Source of the DNA: Abditibacterium sp.
Lineage (GTDB): Bacteria; Armatimonadota; Abditibacteriia; Abditibacteriales; Abditibacteriaceae
DNA length: 64,000 nucleotides
Assembly (NCBI GenBank): GCA_965199495.1
Contig: CBDASK010000003.1
Span: 4,352,001-4,416,000, forward strand
Reading direction: 5' to 3'
Shown here: in pieces, positions 40,403-50,624 of the stretch
Layout of the letters: every line of letters starts with the position of its first letter
Numbering within the stretch: the first letter of the stretch is position 1
Position numbers and translations under genes: made by a program
The notes under the pieces: model-generated
What the model saw: only the letters and a program-made list of their open reading frames with translations
What the model was told of the DNA's origin: nothing
The model's database searches: none

Positions 40403-42382
40403 TTAGCCCTTCATAATGCGCGTCACGAAATCGGTATCAGCCGGAACCGCCACCGACAACATATAAACCCCGCCGCGCGCCAAATCGTAAGCTCGCTTGA
40501 AAGTTCCGGTCGTGTTGATACCGAATTCCAGCGTCGCGTAAGCCGTTTGGCCGCCGCACACGCGCTTCACACGCAAGTGGCGCCCGGCGAAAGCCGTGGT
40601 GTCGCCGCTCTTATAATCCCAGGCGTTGCCGTCAACTGTGATCGTATCTTCGGCATCGAGATAAAGCGGGATCTGCTCCGTGGCGGCTTCGCGCGTGCGC
40701 GTCGTTACTTCCACGGCGTTGTCGGTAATGCCGAAACTTTTGGAGATGCCTTTACCGTCAAAGTTGGTAGCGAATTGCAAATCGCCCGCTTCGACGGTGC
40801 CATCGGGCGTGGCTTTGTCGAATGACGCGGGCACCTTGAAGTCGAGGATGGACTTGCGGAAAGTATTCTCGTTGCCCATCTGCGTGAGGTAAGAGTTATG
40901 CGGCTCGTCGTTGCCCGAACGAATCAGGGTTCCAAAACCGGGCAACCACACCAAACCGATGCCCTTGACCTGACGGCTATCGCCCGCCCTACCCCAGTGC
41001 ATGGTGGCGTAAAAGCCCGGACGCCGCGCGAACAAATAAGCATCTTGCCCTGCCGCAACGGTGAAATAGCGCGTGAAACGTTGCTGGCTTAGCGTCGGCA
41101 ATTTAAGCATCTGCTCGCGGCGCTCGCCATCCGATTGCGTCCACATTCCCAGCGGCTCGAAATACATCGGGTAATTATGAAACGGATGGTAACCCGAAGT
41201 CATATCGCGCCCCGTCGGCCTATCTGCGGGCGGAATCGGATTCTTAAACCAGTTCGCGATGCGCGTCTCGCGCTCGGTGTCGGTCATGTTATAGCGTGTC
41301 TCGAAAGGCCGCGCTTCGGGCAAAACGCTCATGATATGGTTGTAATACCCGACCAACTCCGGCAACTTTGCGGGCGTCGTGCGCCCATTGCCAGCGACAT
41401 CCATCACGAACGTTTTGCCGTCGTTTTCCGGGACGGTATTAAGGGCGCACCATTCGTAATACTTGCGAAAAGAGTTGAGGATGCGCGGGTCACGACTCAA
41501 GATGAGCAGACGATCCATTTCCCATTCGGTGACCTGGCTGTAAGCGAAAGTTTCCACGCCGTCGCCTTCCAGCCAGAACAGCGAGGGTTGCGCATTTTCC
41601 AGCCAGTAATCGAGCCGGGTATCAAACATCGTCTTCCACTTCGCGTCGTTGGTCTGCTGCCACAGCCGATACATCGCGTAGAGCGAGCCGCAGTATTGGT
41701 TCGAGTAGTGAATGCCCTGATTGATCGCGCCCTCGTCGGTCGCCGACCAAACTACCGCTCGTTTGATCGAATCAAACAATTGCGCGCGTAGTTTCGGATC
41801 GGCGGTGCCGTCTTTGTCGAGCATCTCGCGCATATCGACCAGAAATTCCAAGACAAACGAAGTCGGCGGCAATTCTTGCGCGCCTTTGCCGCGATTCTCC
41901 GAAAAGCCGCCATCTTTGCCCTGCAAAGTCAGCCAGTAAGCGATACCCACTTCCATGCGGGCGCGCAAAATCTCGTCGTGATAGTATGGGTTCCACGGTT
42001 TGTTGAGCGTATAAGCCCACGCCAGCGTGTAAACCGGTTCCATCAAGCGCGCGTTGGTCGGCCCGCGCCCGCCATGACGGTAAAGGTTGGTTTTATACCA
42101 GCCGTAAGTCGGCGAGTTCGGATCGCCTTCCAGCCCGTTGGCCAGATCAGCCACGCCAGCCAGCGTTGCAATCAGGTTGGGCGATTGGGTGAGGGCGTCG
42201 CGCTCGATCCACGCGCGGTCGGCCAGCGTCCACTGCTCTTTTTTGAGTTCAAAGCGATTGGGCACGAGCGGCAGAACCTTGGGAGACGTGGACGTGGCTG
42301 GTGTCTGGGCGAAAGTTGGGGTTGAAGGCATCAGAGTCATAGCGCCAAGCAGAATGGCACAGGGTAAGGTGGGACGAATCAT
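40403..42382 (-). CDS. Secreted protein of unknown function, possibly an alpha/alpha-toroid plus beta-sandwich (lyase-like) fold
   Basis: 659-aa ORF with signal peptide (TFA|Q), helical-looking N-half (LAWAY..NPYYHD..GIAYW) and beta-rich C-half. Family not recognised. Confidence 0.7.
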   Translation of the reverse strand: MIRPTLPCAILLGAMTLMPSTPTFAQTPATSTSPKVLPLVPNRFELKKEQWTLADRAWIERDALTQSPNLIATLAGVADLANGLEGDPNSPTYGWYKTNLYRHGGRGPTNARLMEPVYTLAWAYTLNKPWNPYYHDEILRARMEVGIAYWLTLQGKDGGFSENRGKGAQELPPTSFVLEFLVDMREMLDKDGTADPKLRAQLFDSIKRAVVWSATDEGAINQGIHYSNQYCGSLYAMYRLWQQTNDAKWKTMFDTRLDYWLENAQPSLFWLEGDGVETFAYSQVTEWEMDRLLILSRDPRILNSFRKYYEWCALNTVPENDGKTFVMDVAGNGRTTPAKLPELVGYYNHIMSVLPEARPFETRYNMTDTERETRIANWFKNPIPPADRPTGRDMTSGYHPFHNYPMYFEPLGMWTQSDGERREQMLKLPTLSQQRFTRYFTVAAGQDAYLFARRPGFYATMHWGRAGDSRQVKGIGLVWLPGFGTLIRSGNDEPHNSYLTQMGNENTFRKSILDFKVPASFDKATPDGTVEAGDLQFATNFDGKGISKSFGITDNAVEVTTRTREAATEQIPLYLDAEDTITVDGNAWDYKSGDTTAFAGRHLRVKRVCGGQTAYATLEFGINTTGTFKRAYDLARGGVYMLSVAVPADTDFVTRIMKG

Positions 42383-42863
42383 GGGTGAATCGGACGGAAG
42401 AATCTGTTTGATTTATCGTGGCGAAATCGTGTTCGCTCATCCGCGCCGTTCGCGTGTTTTGAGTTCAAGCGGGCGCGATTATGTTTTGTGAAAATTTTTC
42501 CTACCTCAGAAGTGACGACGTGCGAATGAATTCGCGCGTTTGGGGCAAAGCTAAGTTGCGAGGCGGTACGACTCTCTTACGCGCGCGGTTCACAACGGCG
42601 AACACAACCAGACCACACAAGGTGAGATTCATGTTTTAGCTGCGAAGGTTAAAATGCTCTGCGCATTGGATTCTGTCGCGGCAACACCGCGAAACAACGG
42701 CGTGGGCAAATTCGCACCGCGAACCAAATTCGCGCGCGGCCAATTCGATTTTACAAAATTTGTCCATTTTTCAAATTCAAAGTTATGAAATGAATGTAAA
42801 GGAAAGCCTCAAAACGAACAAACCGCTTTGAGGCTGAACTGAATAGAAAACCGTTACGAAGCA

Positions 42864-43077
42864 TTAATCGTGGACATGAAAAGTCGGCGAACCACCGAAA
42901 GTCGCGAAGGGAGTGTTCGCATGATAGATGAGTCCCCTGGGGCACTGGCGTTGGTTCTGGCCCATTTGACGTGCCCATCGGCGTAACAAGAAATTGGCGC
43001 CATCCAAATGCCGGTTCACGACGTCACTGGAGTAAGCGATACCCGTATTGCCCTTGGGCGGCGAACCAATGCTCGTG
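42864..43077 (-). pseudogene. 5'-truncated DUF1559 gene relic (copy of the 3' end of 50625-51410)
   Basis: [35 protein letters not shown] +1 insertion at 42984 and a -1 near 42940 scramble the DG motif. Similarity continues through the terminator to about 42693. Confidence 0.88.
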
Positions 43078-43271
43078 AGCTGGCCCTTTCGCAAAACATA
43101 CGCAGTCCTCAGCGAATCTGCCAGCCCATTTTGCGTTGAGAATTTGAGACGCAGCAACTTAATTTTCGAGAGCAACCCTCCTCCGCAGAAATGGGTTCAA
43201 ATCTCGTCGCTGCTTCTATGATTAACCCCGATTGAGAGCATTCTTTCAGGTAATAACGTTGTGCTTTTTGA

Positions 43272-44357
43272 TCAAGCACAATTCGCTTTCTGAGAGTCTA
43301 CAGTCGAAGCGATTTTTAGTTCGGCGGCTAAAGTCTGGACTAACTGGCTGGCGGGCAGAGAACGGGCAAGCGGGGCGCCCTGCCCTGCCCAGTGAGCGCC
43401 ATAGCCAAACTCGCCTTGGGCTGTGGCGGCGGCGTGGAGCGCCTTGCCCGCCTCATAAGCGCGGGGGTAATCGGGGCGGCGCAGGGTCGCGAGGTTTTCG
43501 CCCAACGCGGTGAAGCGGTTAGCAAGGCAACGGGCGGGTCTGCCCGATATCGCCGTTGTCATAATCGTGCGGGCCTCGCGGTTCAACACAGCCGCGCGAT
43601 AAGTGGAAGACGCGCTGCTTTCGGGGCACGCGATAAAAGCGGTTCCCAGTTGAGCAGCCACGGCGCCCAGCGACAGAACGGCGGCAATGCCGGCTCCATC
43701 CATAATTCCGCCCGCCGCAACAATGGGCAAATCCACTTCTCGAACCAACAAACGCGTCAGCGCCAAAGTCGTCAAACAATCGTCGGGCGCGCCCGAATCA
43801 AAAACGCCGCGATGCCCGCCCGCCTCGAAACCCTGCGCGATTACCGCATCCATGCCCGCAGACTTTGCCGCCAAAGCCTCTTTTAAATTGGTCGCGGACG
43901 CGAGCAACAACGCGCCCGTGGCTTTGAGCGCGGCAATACGGTCTTGGCGCGGCAAACCAAAATGAAAGCTGATGACGCGCGGCGCGGTTTCGACCAGAGT
44001 CGCCAACATCTCGTCGTCTTCGTTAAAGCTCCGGTAGATGGTTCGCAGCGATGGCGGCGGCGCGCTTCCAAAAGCCTCGAAAGCGGGCGCCAGACCCGCA
44101 AGCCAATCGGCTTCTCGAATCGCATCGGGCGCGGGCGCGGCATGAACAAAAACATTGACATTAAAGGCCCAATTTGTGCGCGCGCGAACGTCCGCGATCA
44201 TGGTTCGAGCGCGCGCCGCGTCCACTGCGCCCACGCCAATCGAACCCAGCGCGCCCGCATTGCAAACCGCCGCCGCCAGTTCGGGCGTCGAAACGCCCGC
44301 CATCGGAGCCTGAATAATCGGCAACGCGATACCAAGACGGTTTAAAAGGTTTGGCAT
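43272..44357 (-). CDS. Nitronate monooxygenase family flavoprotein
   Basis: PIIQAPMAGVSTPELAAAV, SFHFG, QGFEAGGHRG, AAGGIMDG, AQLGTAF, SGRPAR, WAGQG. Confidence 0.92.
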   Translation of the reverse strand: MPNLLNRLGIALPIIQAPMAGVSTPELAAAVCNAGALGSIGVGAVDAARARTMIADVRARTNWAFNVNVFVHAAPAPDAIREADWLAGLAPAFEAFGSAPPPSLRTIYRSFNEDDEMLATLVETAPRVISFHFGLPRQDRIAALKATGALLLASATNLKEALAAKSAGMDAVIAQGFEAGGHRGVFDSGAPDDCLTTLALTRLLVREVDLPIVAAGGIMDGAGIAAVLSLGAVAAQLGTAFIACPESSASSTYRAAVLNREARTIMTTAISGRPARCLANRFTALGENLATLRRPDYPRAYEAGKALHAAATAQGEFGYGAHWAGQGAPLARSLPASQLVQTLAAELKIASTVDSQKANCA

Positions 44358-44394
44358 TTTGGAAAGTTTGCGAGCTGAGTAAAAATAATAATGT

Positions 44395-44532
44395 TCGACC
44401 GGGTTATTGCGTCCCGTAGAGACACCGACTTATCGTGTCTAAAACGTTGCGGTAACCGCGAACTCCGCAAGTTCATCCAACGTTTTAGACACGATAAATC
44501 GGTGTCTCTACGGGACGCAACAACCCGGTCGA
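44395..44532. repeat. GTAGAGAC-family REPIN
   Basis: 55-bp inverted arms (2 mismatches) with a 28-nt spacer; core GTAGAGACACCGA(C/T)TTATCGTGTCTAAAACGT. Confidence 0.9.
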
Positions 44533-44584
44533 GTCTCGCGTTCGGCGAACAGGTGAACGCAATGCTTTGCTCGATTTGTCTTGA

Positions 44585-46660
44585 TTAAGGCGTCGCTTCC
44601 AACTTCCATTCGCACCAATCGCTCACGGTTTTGCCGCCCTTGGTGCCGATGGCTTGCACGCGGTTTGAGCCGGGCTGTAACGGCACGTTTTCCCAGCGAA
44701 ACACCCGGACTTTATCCGGTTTGGCGACGCCAAACGAAGTCCCGTTGACTTTGAGCTCGACGGTTTCGCAATTGGAAAACACCTCGACGGGCGTAGACGC
44801 GACTTTGCGCGGCGTATTGCGCCGCGCCGCGATGTAGGTCATCGGTGCGGGATTCCAGTTCGCCTTGTAGAAAAAATACGAGTCCTTTTTCACGGTGCGG
44901 TCGTGCGAGACCAAGCCTTTGTCGTTCAAGCCGGGCGTGCTGCCTTCGTTGCGATTATCCGCCGCGAAATCGAACATCGCCCACACGAAGGTGCCCCACA
45001 AATTCGGGTTATCCATCATCTGTTCCCAGTCGCGCTGGTGAATGTAGGTCTGATACTCTTCGGGGTGAAAGGCGCCGTTCGATTGAATTCTCAATTTATC
45101 AACCGCCTCTTCGGTGTGCTGCCGGTAGTTGGCGCCCGCGCCGTATTCGCTCATGGCGATGCGCTGGCCCGCCAGTTTGGTGGTGCGTTCGATGACCGCC
45201 GTCATGTCGCTGGCTTTTCCGCCATACCAACCGGGATAGGTGTTGTAACCGATCCAATCGGGGACGCGCACCGAAGTGCCCTTTTCGCCGCCGCCATAGA
45301 CGGCGCTCACCACGGGCCGCGAGGGATCGAGTTCATGGACAATCGCCTTTTGGCGCTGCAATTGTGGCGTGCCCTCGTCCGACCATTGTTTGTTCAATTC
45401 GTTGGACAAGCCCCAAAACGCCATGCTGGGATGGTTGCCGTGCTGCAAAATCATCTCGCGCAACTGCATTTCGGCGTTGGCGGCGAACTCCGGCGTGGAA
45501 CGCATCTCGTTGACCTGCGGAATTTCCTGCCACAACAACATTCCGCCCCGGTCGCAAAGGTCTTGAAAATAGTCGCTTTGCGGGTAGTGCGCCAGTCGAA
45601 TCGCCGTCGTGCCCATGTCGGCGATGATGCGATAATCCTCCTCGTGGTCGGCGTGGCTGATGGCCCAGCCTTTATTCAGCTTTTCCTGATGCCGGTTGAC
45701 GCCGTGAATCGGATAAGGCGCGCCATTGAGCAAAAATCCGCGCTCCTGCGTGATGGCGACGGTGCGAATGCCCAGCGGCTGCACCACTTCATCGAGCAGC
45801 GTTTTTCCCCGCCAAATTCGCACGGTCGCCGAATACAAATACGGGTCTTTGCGCCCATTCCACAAATGCGGATTTTTCACGCGCAGGTTCTGAACCAGCG
45901 TTTGTGTCTCCGAAGCGGGCAACGTCACGCGCTCCGAGTTTTTCTCGACGACTTTGCCGCGCCCGTCTTTAATCTGCGTTTCCACTCGCACGGGCGACGG
46001 AGATTTAAGTCCATTGGAAAGCAGAGTTTTCGCCACAACTCTGGCTTCTCTGGCTGTAATCGCAGGCGTCGAAAGCGACACGCCGGGCGAGGCATAATTG
46101 AGCGGTGACACGCAAACGGCATCGGTGGCAAAAAGCGCGACGGGCCGGTAAATGCCGCCGAACACGGTGAAATCGCCCGCCAATGGCGCCACATCTTCGA
46201 CGCGCGCGTTGTCCACTTTCACGCGCAATTCGTCTTTGCCATCGAAGCGCAACTTCGAGGTCAGTTCAAAGCAAAACGCCCCGAACGCGCCCCGATGTTG
46301 CCCCAGCATTTGTCCATTGACATAGACATCCGAAACCAGCGAGGCGCCTTCAAAGCGCAAAAAGACGCGTTTATTTTTCCAGGCGGCGGGCACATCGAGC
46401 GCGCGCCAATACCACGCCGGGCCGCGATAATAACCTTCGGAAGTTTGCGCGGTGGCGGCTTTGCCGTTCTGCCCGTCAATGGCGTTCCAGGTGTGCGGCA
46501 CTTGAACGTTGGCCCAGGCACCCGTGTCGGCGCCGATTGCGGCATCCTGCTTCAAGAACTTCCAATTCGCCGCGAGTTCGCGCGACGGCCTTTGCGCCAA
46601 CGCGGGAACGGCCATTTGCAGCAGAACGCTCAGGGCCAACGCCCATCGAAAATTTTTCAT
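44585..46660 (-). CDS. GH2 glycoside hydrolase (beta-galactosidase/glucuronidase type), secreted
   Basis: VPHTWN, FGGIYRPV, HGVNRHQE, RLAHYPQ, WGLSNE, MSEYGAG, NDKGLV. Start moved to ATG 46660. Confidence 0.9.
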   Translation of the reverse strand: MKNFRWALALSVLLQMAVPALAQRPSRELAANWKFLKQDAAIGADTGAWANVQVPHTWNAIDGQNGKAATAQTSEGYYRGPAWYWRALDVPAAWKNKRVFLRFEGASLVSDVYVNGQMLGQHRGAFGAFCFELTSKLRFDGKDELRVKVDNARVEDVAPLAGDFTVFGGIYRPVALFATDAVCVSPLNYASPGVSLSTPAITAREARVVAKTLLSNGLKSPSPVRVETQIKDGRGKVVEKNSERVTLPASETQTLVQNLRVKNPHLWNGRKDPYLYSATVRIWRGKTLLDEVVQPLGIRTVAITQERGFLLNGAPYPIHGVNRHQEKLNKGWAISHADHEEDYRIIADMGTTAIRLAHYPQSDYFQDLCDRGGMLLWQEIPQVNEMRSTPEFAANAEMQLREMILQHGNHPSMAFWGLSNELNKQWSDEGTPQLQRQKAIVHELDPSRPVVSAVYGGGEKGTSVRVPDWIGYNTYPGWYGGKASDMTAVIERTTKLAGQRIAMSEYGAGANYRQHTEEAVDKLRIQSNGAFHPEEYQTYIHQRDWEQMMDNPNLWGTFVWAMFDFAADNRNEGSTPGLNDKGLVSHDRTVKKDSYFFYKANWNPAPMTYIAARRNTPRKVASTPVEVFSNCETVELKVNGTSFGVAKPDKVRVFRWENVPLQPGSNRVQAIGTKGGKTVSDWCEWKLEATP

Positions 46661-46824
46661 GTGAAAGTAGATTTTTGCCAGATGCGTGAGCATTTGGGAG
46701 TCGAATGGCTTAAATAGGCCGCGCCGTGGCTGCTGTGCGCCCACCAAGGGAACGACCGCCCCAAATTTAGCGCGCTGAGGCAACAGAACTTTCGGGGCAA
46801 AACGGATTGTGATTCAAGGCGCTG

Positions 46825-48375
46825 TCAGGGCAGCGAGGCTGTTTCGGGCGCAATCGGCTGTCCGTCCAAAATCACATTTCTCACGTCTTGTTCCGCGCTT
46901 ACCAAAGGGCGAGCATCCGGTTTTCGTGGCGTGATAACGATATTGGAAAGGAAAACATTGGCGGCATGGCGCACCCAGAATCCGTAGGCTGGCGTGTCGC
47001 CAAACATGGTCGCTTCCGGGTAGCCGCCATCCTGTTCTTTCTTGGAACCTTGCACTTCGCCGCCGCCCTCGGTCGCAAGCGAGATGTTGCGAATCACCAC
47101 ATCCTCGATAATCGCGCCCGCAATGCCGACGATGCTGGAGCCGTAAGGCCCGCTCGATTCGCCAGAGATGCCATCGAAGGCGATGCGCCGGATGGCGCCG
47201 ATTTTTTTCTCCTGGCCCGGCATCATGCGGCCCCGGCTGGCCAATCGCAGAAAAATGGGGCTGCGCGTGCGCACGATGCGGATGTTCTCGCAGCGAATGT
47301 TTTCCAAAACTCCGCCGTCCACCGATTCCCACGAAACGCCCGAAATCGCCGTCCGGCGCGTTTTAGCGGGCATATCGTCGGATGGGCCGCCGACTTCGAC
47401 GTTGCGAATCAACACGTTGCGAAACCCGCCCTGCGAATCGGTGCCGAACTTGATGGCGTTGCAGGTGCTGTAAAAGCGGCAGTTCTCCACCAGCACGTTC
47501 TCCATCGTGCGCCCGCTCGCGCCCTTGAAACATAAACCGTCGTCCTCCGAGTTGACGAAACAGTTGCGCACGATGACGTTGCGGCAACCGTCGATGTCGA
47601 AACCGTCGTTGTTGTAATTGGCCTGATTTTGAACGTAGAGATTTTGCAGAATCACGTCTTCGCAGGCCAGATAATTTTGCAGCCACGACGCCGCGTCGAG
47701 CAGCCGAACGCCGTCCATAACGACCTTTTTGCATTCGACAAAGCGAATCAAAAACGGGCGACCCGGCAGCGTGCCATTGCTTTGCCCGCCCGGAAAGTTC
47801 GCTGGCACGCCGCGCCCGTTGATCTCTCCCTGACCGCGAATGCCGACGCGCTCGCAATTCTCCGCGTAGATCAGCGACATCTTGAGCTGATAATGCGAGT
47901 CCATGATCGTCGGGCGCGCGGGCACATGGTCGGGATAATCCGCCAAATTTGTGCTGGCGACCAAACGCGCGCCGCGATCGATTTGCAGCATCACGCCCGA
48001 TTTCAATTCGATGGTGCCCGAAACGTAATCGCCTTTGGAAAACGTAACTGTGCCACCGCCCGCCGCCGCACACGCGTCAATCGCTCTTTGTATGGCCGTC
48101 GTATTGACGGTCTGCCCATCGGCGAGCGCGCCGTAACTTTCAACGGCAAACGAGCGCGCCGGAACTTGCCACGGCTTGAGGTTGGCCGTTAAGTTGGCCG
48201 CCATCTGGTTGAGCGCGGCGCGTTGCGACATTTCCCAAAGCGGCGCCTTGGTTTGCGCCCGCGACGGAGCGGCGCTCGCCATGCACGCGAGAACCAAAGC
48301 CGCCAACATCCAGCGAAACTTGTTCTGAAATCCCAATTTTTGAACTGGATTCCTCTTACGAATATTGAATATCAT
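46825..48375 (-). CDS. GH28 polygalacturonase/rhamnogalacturonase-family beta-helix protein, secreted
   Basis: TTAIQRAIDAC..GGGTV, NNDGFDIDG, SEDDGLCFK, NAIKFGTDS. Start uncertain (48408, 48375 or 48309). Confidence 0.88.
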   Translation of the reverse strand: MIFNIRKRNPVQKLGFQNKFRWMLAALVLACMASAAPSRAQTKAPLWEMSQRAALNQMAANLTANLKPWQVPARSFAVESYGALADGQTVNTTAIQRAIDACAAAGGGTVTFSKGDYVSGTIELKSGVMLQIDRGARLVASTNLADYPDHVPARPTIMDSHYQLKMSLIYAENCERVGIRGQGEINGRGVPANFPGGQSNGTLPGRPFLIRFVECKKVVMDGVRLLDAASWLQNYLACEDVILQNLYVQNQANYNNDGFDIDGCRNVIVRNCFVNSEDDGLCFKGASGRTMENVLVENCRFYSTCNAIKFGTDSQGGFRNVLIRNVEVGGPSDDMPAKTRRTAISGVSWESVDGGVLENIRCENIRIVRTRSPIFLRLASRGRMMPGQEKKIGAIRRIAFDGISGESSGPYGSSIVGIAGAIIEDVVIRNISLATEGGGEVQGSKKEQDGGYPEATMFGDTPAYGFWVRHAANVFLSNIVITPRKPDARPLVSAEQDVRNVILDGQPIAPETASLP

Positions 48376-48388
48376 CTTTATAAAGTTT

Positions 48389-48742
48389 TCAAAAGCCAAC
48401 CAACGCATCCAGTTGCGCAGTCGAGCGCGGAGAAATGTTGGTGGAAATCGGAGGGTTTGACCGCATCGTTATCTCAGTCGCGTCGCCGAGCGTTTTCCAA
48501 TTTTGCAGCACCCAGACAACTTTCTTATCCGGCGTAATTTCGACGAGTTGCGGGCCTTTGCCGTTGTTGCCGCGCGAAGTAAAAATCGTGTTGCTGTTGG
48601 CCAGCCGCGTGCAAGTCTGCGACGACGAAGCGAGCTTGTATTCTGTGGGCAAATTGTCGGTATTGAACTCCCACACCGTCTCGCTTTTGGAGTTGACCTC
48701 GCGCGCCAGATGCTCGGATTCGTCGGTAATATCCAGTAACGA
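48389..48742 (-). pseudogene. C-terminal fragment of a beta-propeller (PQQ-like repeat) protein
   Basis: ITDESEHLAREVNSKSETVWEF and QLVEITPDKKVVWVL are propeller-blade-like repeats. There is an upstream in-frame TGA at 48743-48745 and no proper N-terminus. Confidence 0.6.
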
Positions 48743-48802
48743 TCACCTGTCGGGGCGACGTGGCTGCTCTTCGAGTCGCACCGGCGAAACGGTGAGCGAA
48801 CA

Positions 48803-50386
48803 TCAAAATTTGCCCCCAAACAGAGCTTTTTGCTGTCTGTCTTGGCTGCCGTCCACCATGCGAACCGTCAAATCCGAGGAATTTTTGACCGCGAAAACCG
48901 GAACGCCCGCCACACGGTCGGACTTGATGCGGAAAAACTCGGCGCCCTCCACGTCATCGAGCGCGAACGGGGGGCGCGCATCGCTGGTCAGGGTGTGCAA
49001 CTGCACGTTATCAATGGAAATGTTCTTGACGTGGCGCAAATACATTCCGTAAGACGGCATCGTGCCCATGTTGTCCGGTTCGGGATAGCCCGTTTCCTGC
49101 TCTTGCGGCACAAGCGCGGCTTGTTCTTTGGTGCCGCCGCCCTTCGACCAGATTTGGATATTGCTGAGCGTAACGTCTTCGATGGCGTGACCGGGAATGC
49201 CGGTGATTAGCACGCCCGATTGCGCGGTCGAGTTATAAACCACGATGTTGCTGATATTGATGCGGCGCAGTTGGCCGATGGGCCGCCCGGCTCCAGTCAG
49301 CCACGGGCCACGCATCCGAGCCGCCAGACGCAGAAAGATCGGCGCGTTGCTGATGTCGCGCATGGTGATGTTGCTGATGGAAATGTCTTCCAAATTCCCG
49401 CCGTCCACCGTTTCGAGCGCCAAACCGCGACATTTTTCAAAGACGCAGTTGGAAATCGTGATGTTTTTGAAGCCGCCGTTCGATTCGGTGCCCAACTTGA
49501 TGCGCCCCGTCGGCGACTTGCGAAACGCTTTATCCGGGTTATAGCGGCGCGTGCCGTCGAGCAGCGCGCCCTCGTCGTAGCCGCTCACGAAACAGTTGGT
49601 GATAGTCACGTTTTCCGTGGCAATCTCTTCGCCCAGCGCGTAGGAACTTTTCAGGCAAAGCCCGTCATCGCCGGGCGAGTTGATGCTGCAATTGGAAAGG
49701 CGCACGTTGCGACAGCAGTCAATGTCCATGCCGTCGCGGTTGGTATCTATCTTCAAATTGTCGAGCGTAAAATTATCCACGCCCGTCGCTAAAATCCCGA
49801 ACCAGCCGCCCTGCCGAATCGTGAAATCGCGCAAGGTGACGTTGCGACACAATTTCAGCGCGATTGCCTTGTTGCCTTCGCCCTCGACAAATTTTCCGCC
49901 TGCGACCAGACCCTGGCCGTAGATTTCGCCCGGCCCATCAATCGTCACGTTTTCCAAACCGATGCCCCAAATGAGACTGTTCTGCCAATGGCTGTGGCCG
50001 AAGTCGGTAAATTGGGTTATCTCGTTGGGTTCTGCGGCGTCGTATTGCCGAGTCGCGGTGTTCTTCACCCCCAGCAGCACCGCGCCTTGATCGAGGTGCA
50101 AGCGAATGTTGCTTTGGAGGCGAACCGAAAGCGACAGATACGTGCCCGCAGGCAATCGCACCGTGCCGCCGCCTGCCGCCGTGGCTGCCTCAATGGCGCG
50201 GTTGATGGCCGGGCTGTCTATCGTTTGGCCGTCGCCACGCGCGCCGAAATCGCGCACGTTAAATTCGCCGTTGTGAACGGGTGCGGCGCCCAGAGCAGCC
50301 ACGGGCACGGGAGCCTGGGCTATGGCGAGAGGGACGTTGCCCAATCCCAAACCTAAAATTATGGGCGCAAGGAGAAATTTATTCAT
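48803..50386 (-). CDS. GH28-family glycoside hydrolase, secreted
   Basis: FNVRDFGARGDG, DFGHSHW, TNRDGMDID, GDDGLCLKSS, TGRIKLGTES. Confidence 0.88.
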   Translation of the reverse strand: MNKFLLAPIILGLGLGNVPLAIAQAPVPVAALGAAPVHNGEFNVRDFGARGDGQTIDSPAINRAIEAATAAGGGTVRLPAGTYLSLSVRLQSNIRLHLDQGAVLLGVKNTATRQYDAAEPNEITQFTDFGHSHWQNSLIWGIGLENVTIDGPGEIYGQGLVAGGKFVEGEGNKAIALKLCRNVTLRDFTIRQGGWFGILATGVDNFTLDNLKIDTNRDGMDIDCCRNVRLSNCSINSPGDDGLCLKSSYALGEEIATENVTITNCFVSGYDEGALLDGTRRYNPDKAFRKSPTGRIKLGTESNGGFKNITISNCVFEKCRGLALETVDGGNLEDISISNITMRDISNAPIFLRLAARMRGPWLTGAGRPIGQLRRINISNIVVYNSTAQSGVLITGIPGHAIEDVTLSNIQIWSKGGGTKEQAALVPQEQETGYPEPDNMGTMPSYGMYLRHVKNISIDNVQLHTLTSDARPPFALDDVEGAEFFRIKSDRVAGVPVFAVKNSSDLTVRMVDGSQDRQQKALFGGKF

Positions 50387-50557
50387 GTGATAGAAACTTG
50401 CCAGAGATAATTCAAACGTTCATGCGCCCTCGATTCGTCTGCGACGACATCTTGAACAACGGCGCGGGCAAACGCGTGCCGCGAACCCAAGTTCGCGCGG
50501 CAAATTCGACTCTACGAAATTTGCCCGTCTTCCAAAATGCAACGGGCTGGAATTTGT

Positions 50558-50596
50558 AAAAGAAAGCCTCAAAGCGGGCGACGCCGCTTTGAGGCT
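50558..50596 (-). terminator. Intrinsic terminator after the DUF1559 gene
   Basis: AGCCTCAAAGCGG-N6-CCGCTTTGAGGCT with a U-rich tail on the minus strand; a degenerate copy lies at about 42805-42836. Confidence 0.7.
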
Positions 50597-50624
50597 AAAC
50601 CAATCGAAAAACCGCTACGAAGCA

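Noticed and set aside
42501..42632. 43-aa minus-strand ORF (MNLTLCGLVVFAVVN...)
   Set aside because: Short with no recognisable motif; possibly the eroded start of a gene that followed the duplicated DUF1559, but unsupported.
43272..44357. Nitronate monooxygenase as part of the glycan system
   Set aside because: It shares no operator and lies between a REPIN and a gene relic, so it looks like an unrelated gene.
99..46783. N-terminal extensions in the ORF track (starts at 99, 14225, 18317, 19225, 27021, 30939, 37928, 46783)
   Set aside because: They run through promoter, operator or terminator sequence, or precede clear signal/prepilin peptides, so downstream ATGs were preferred.
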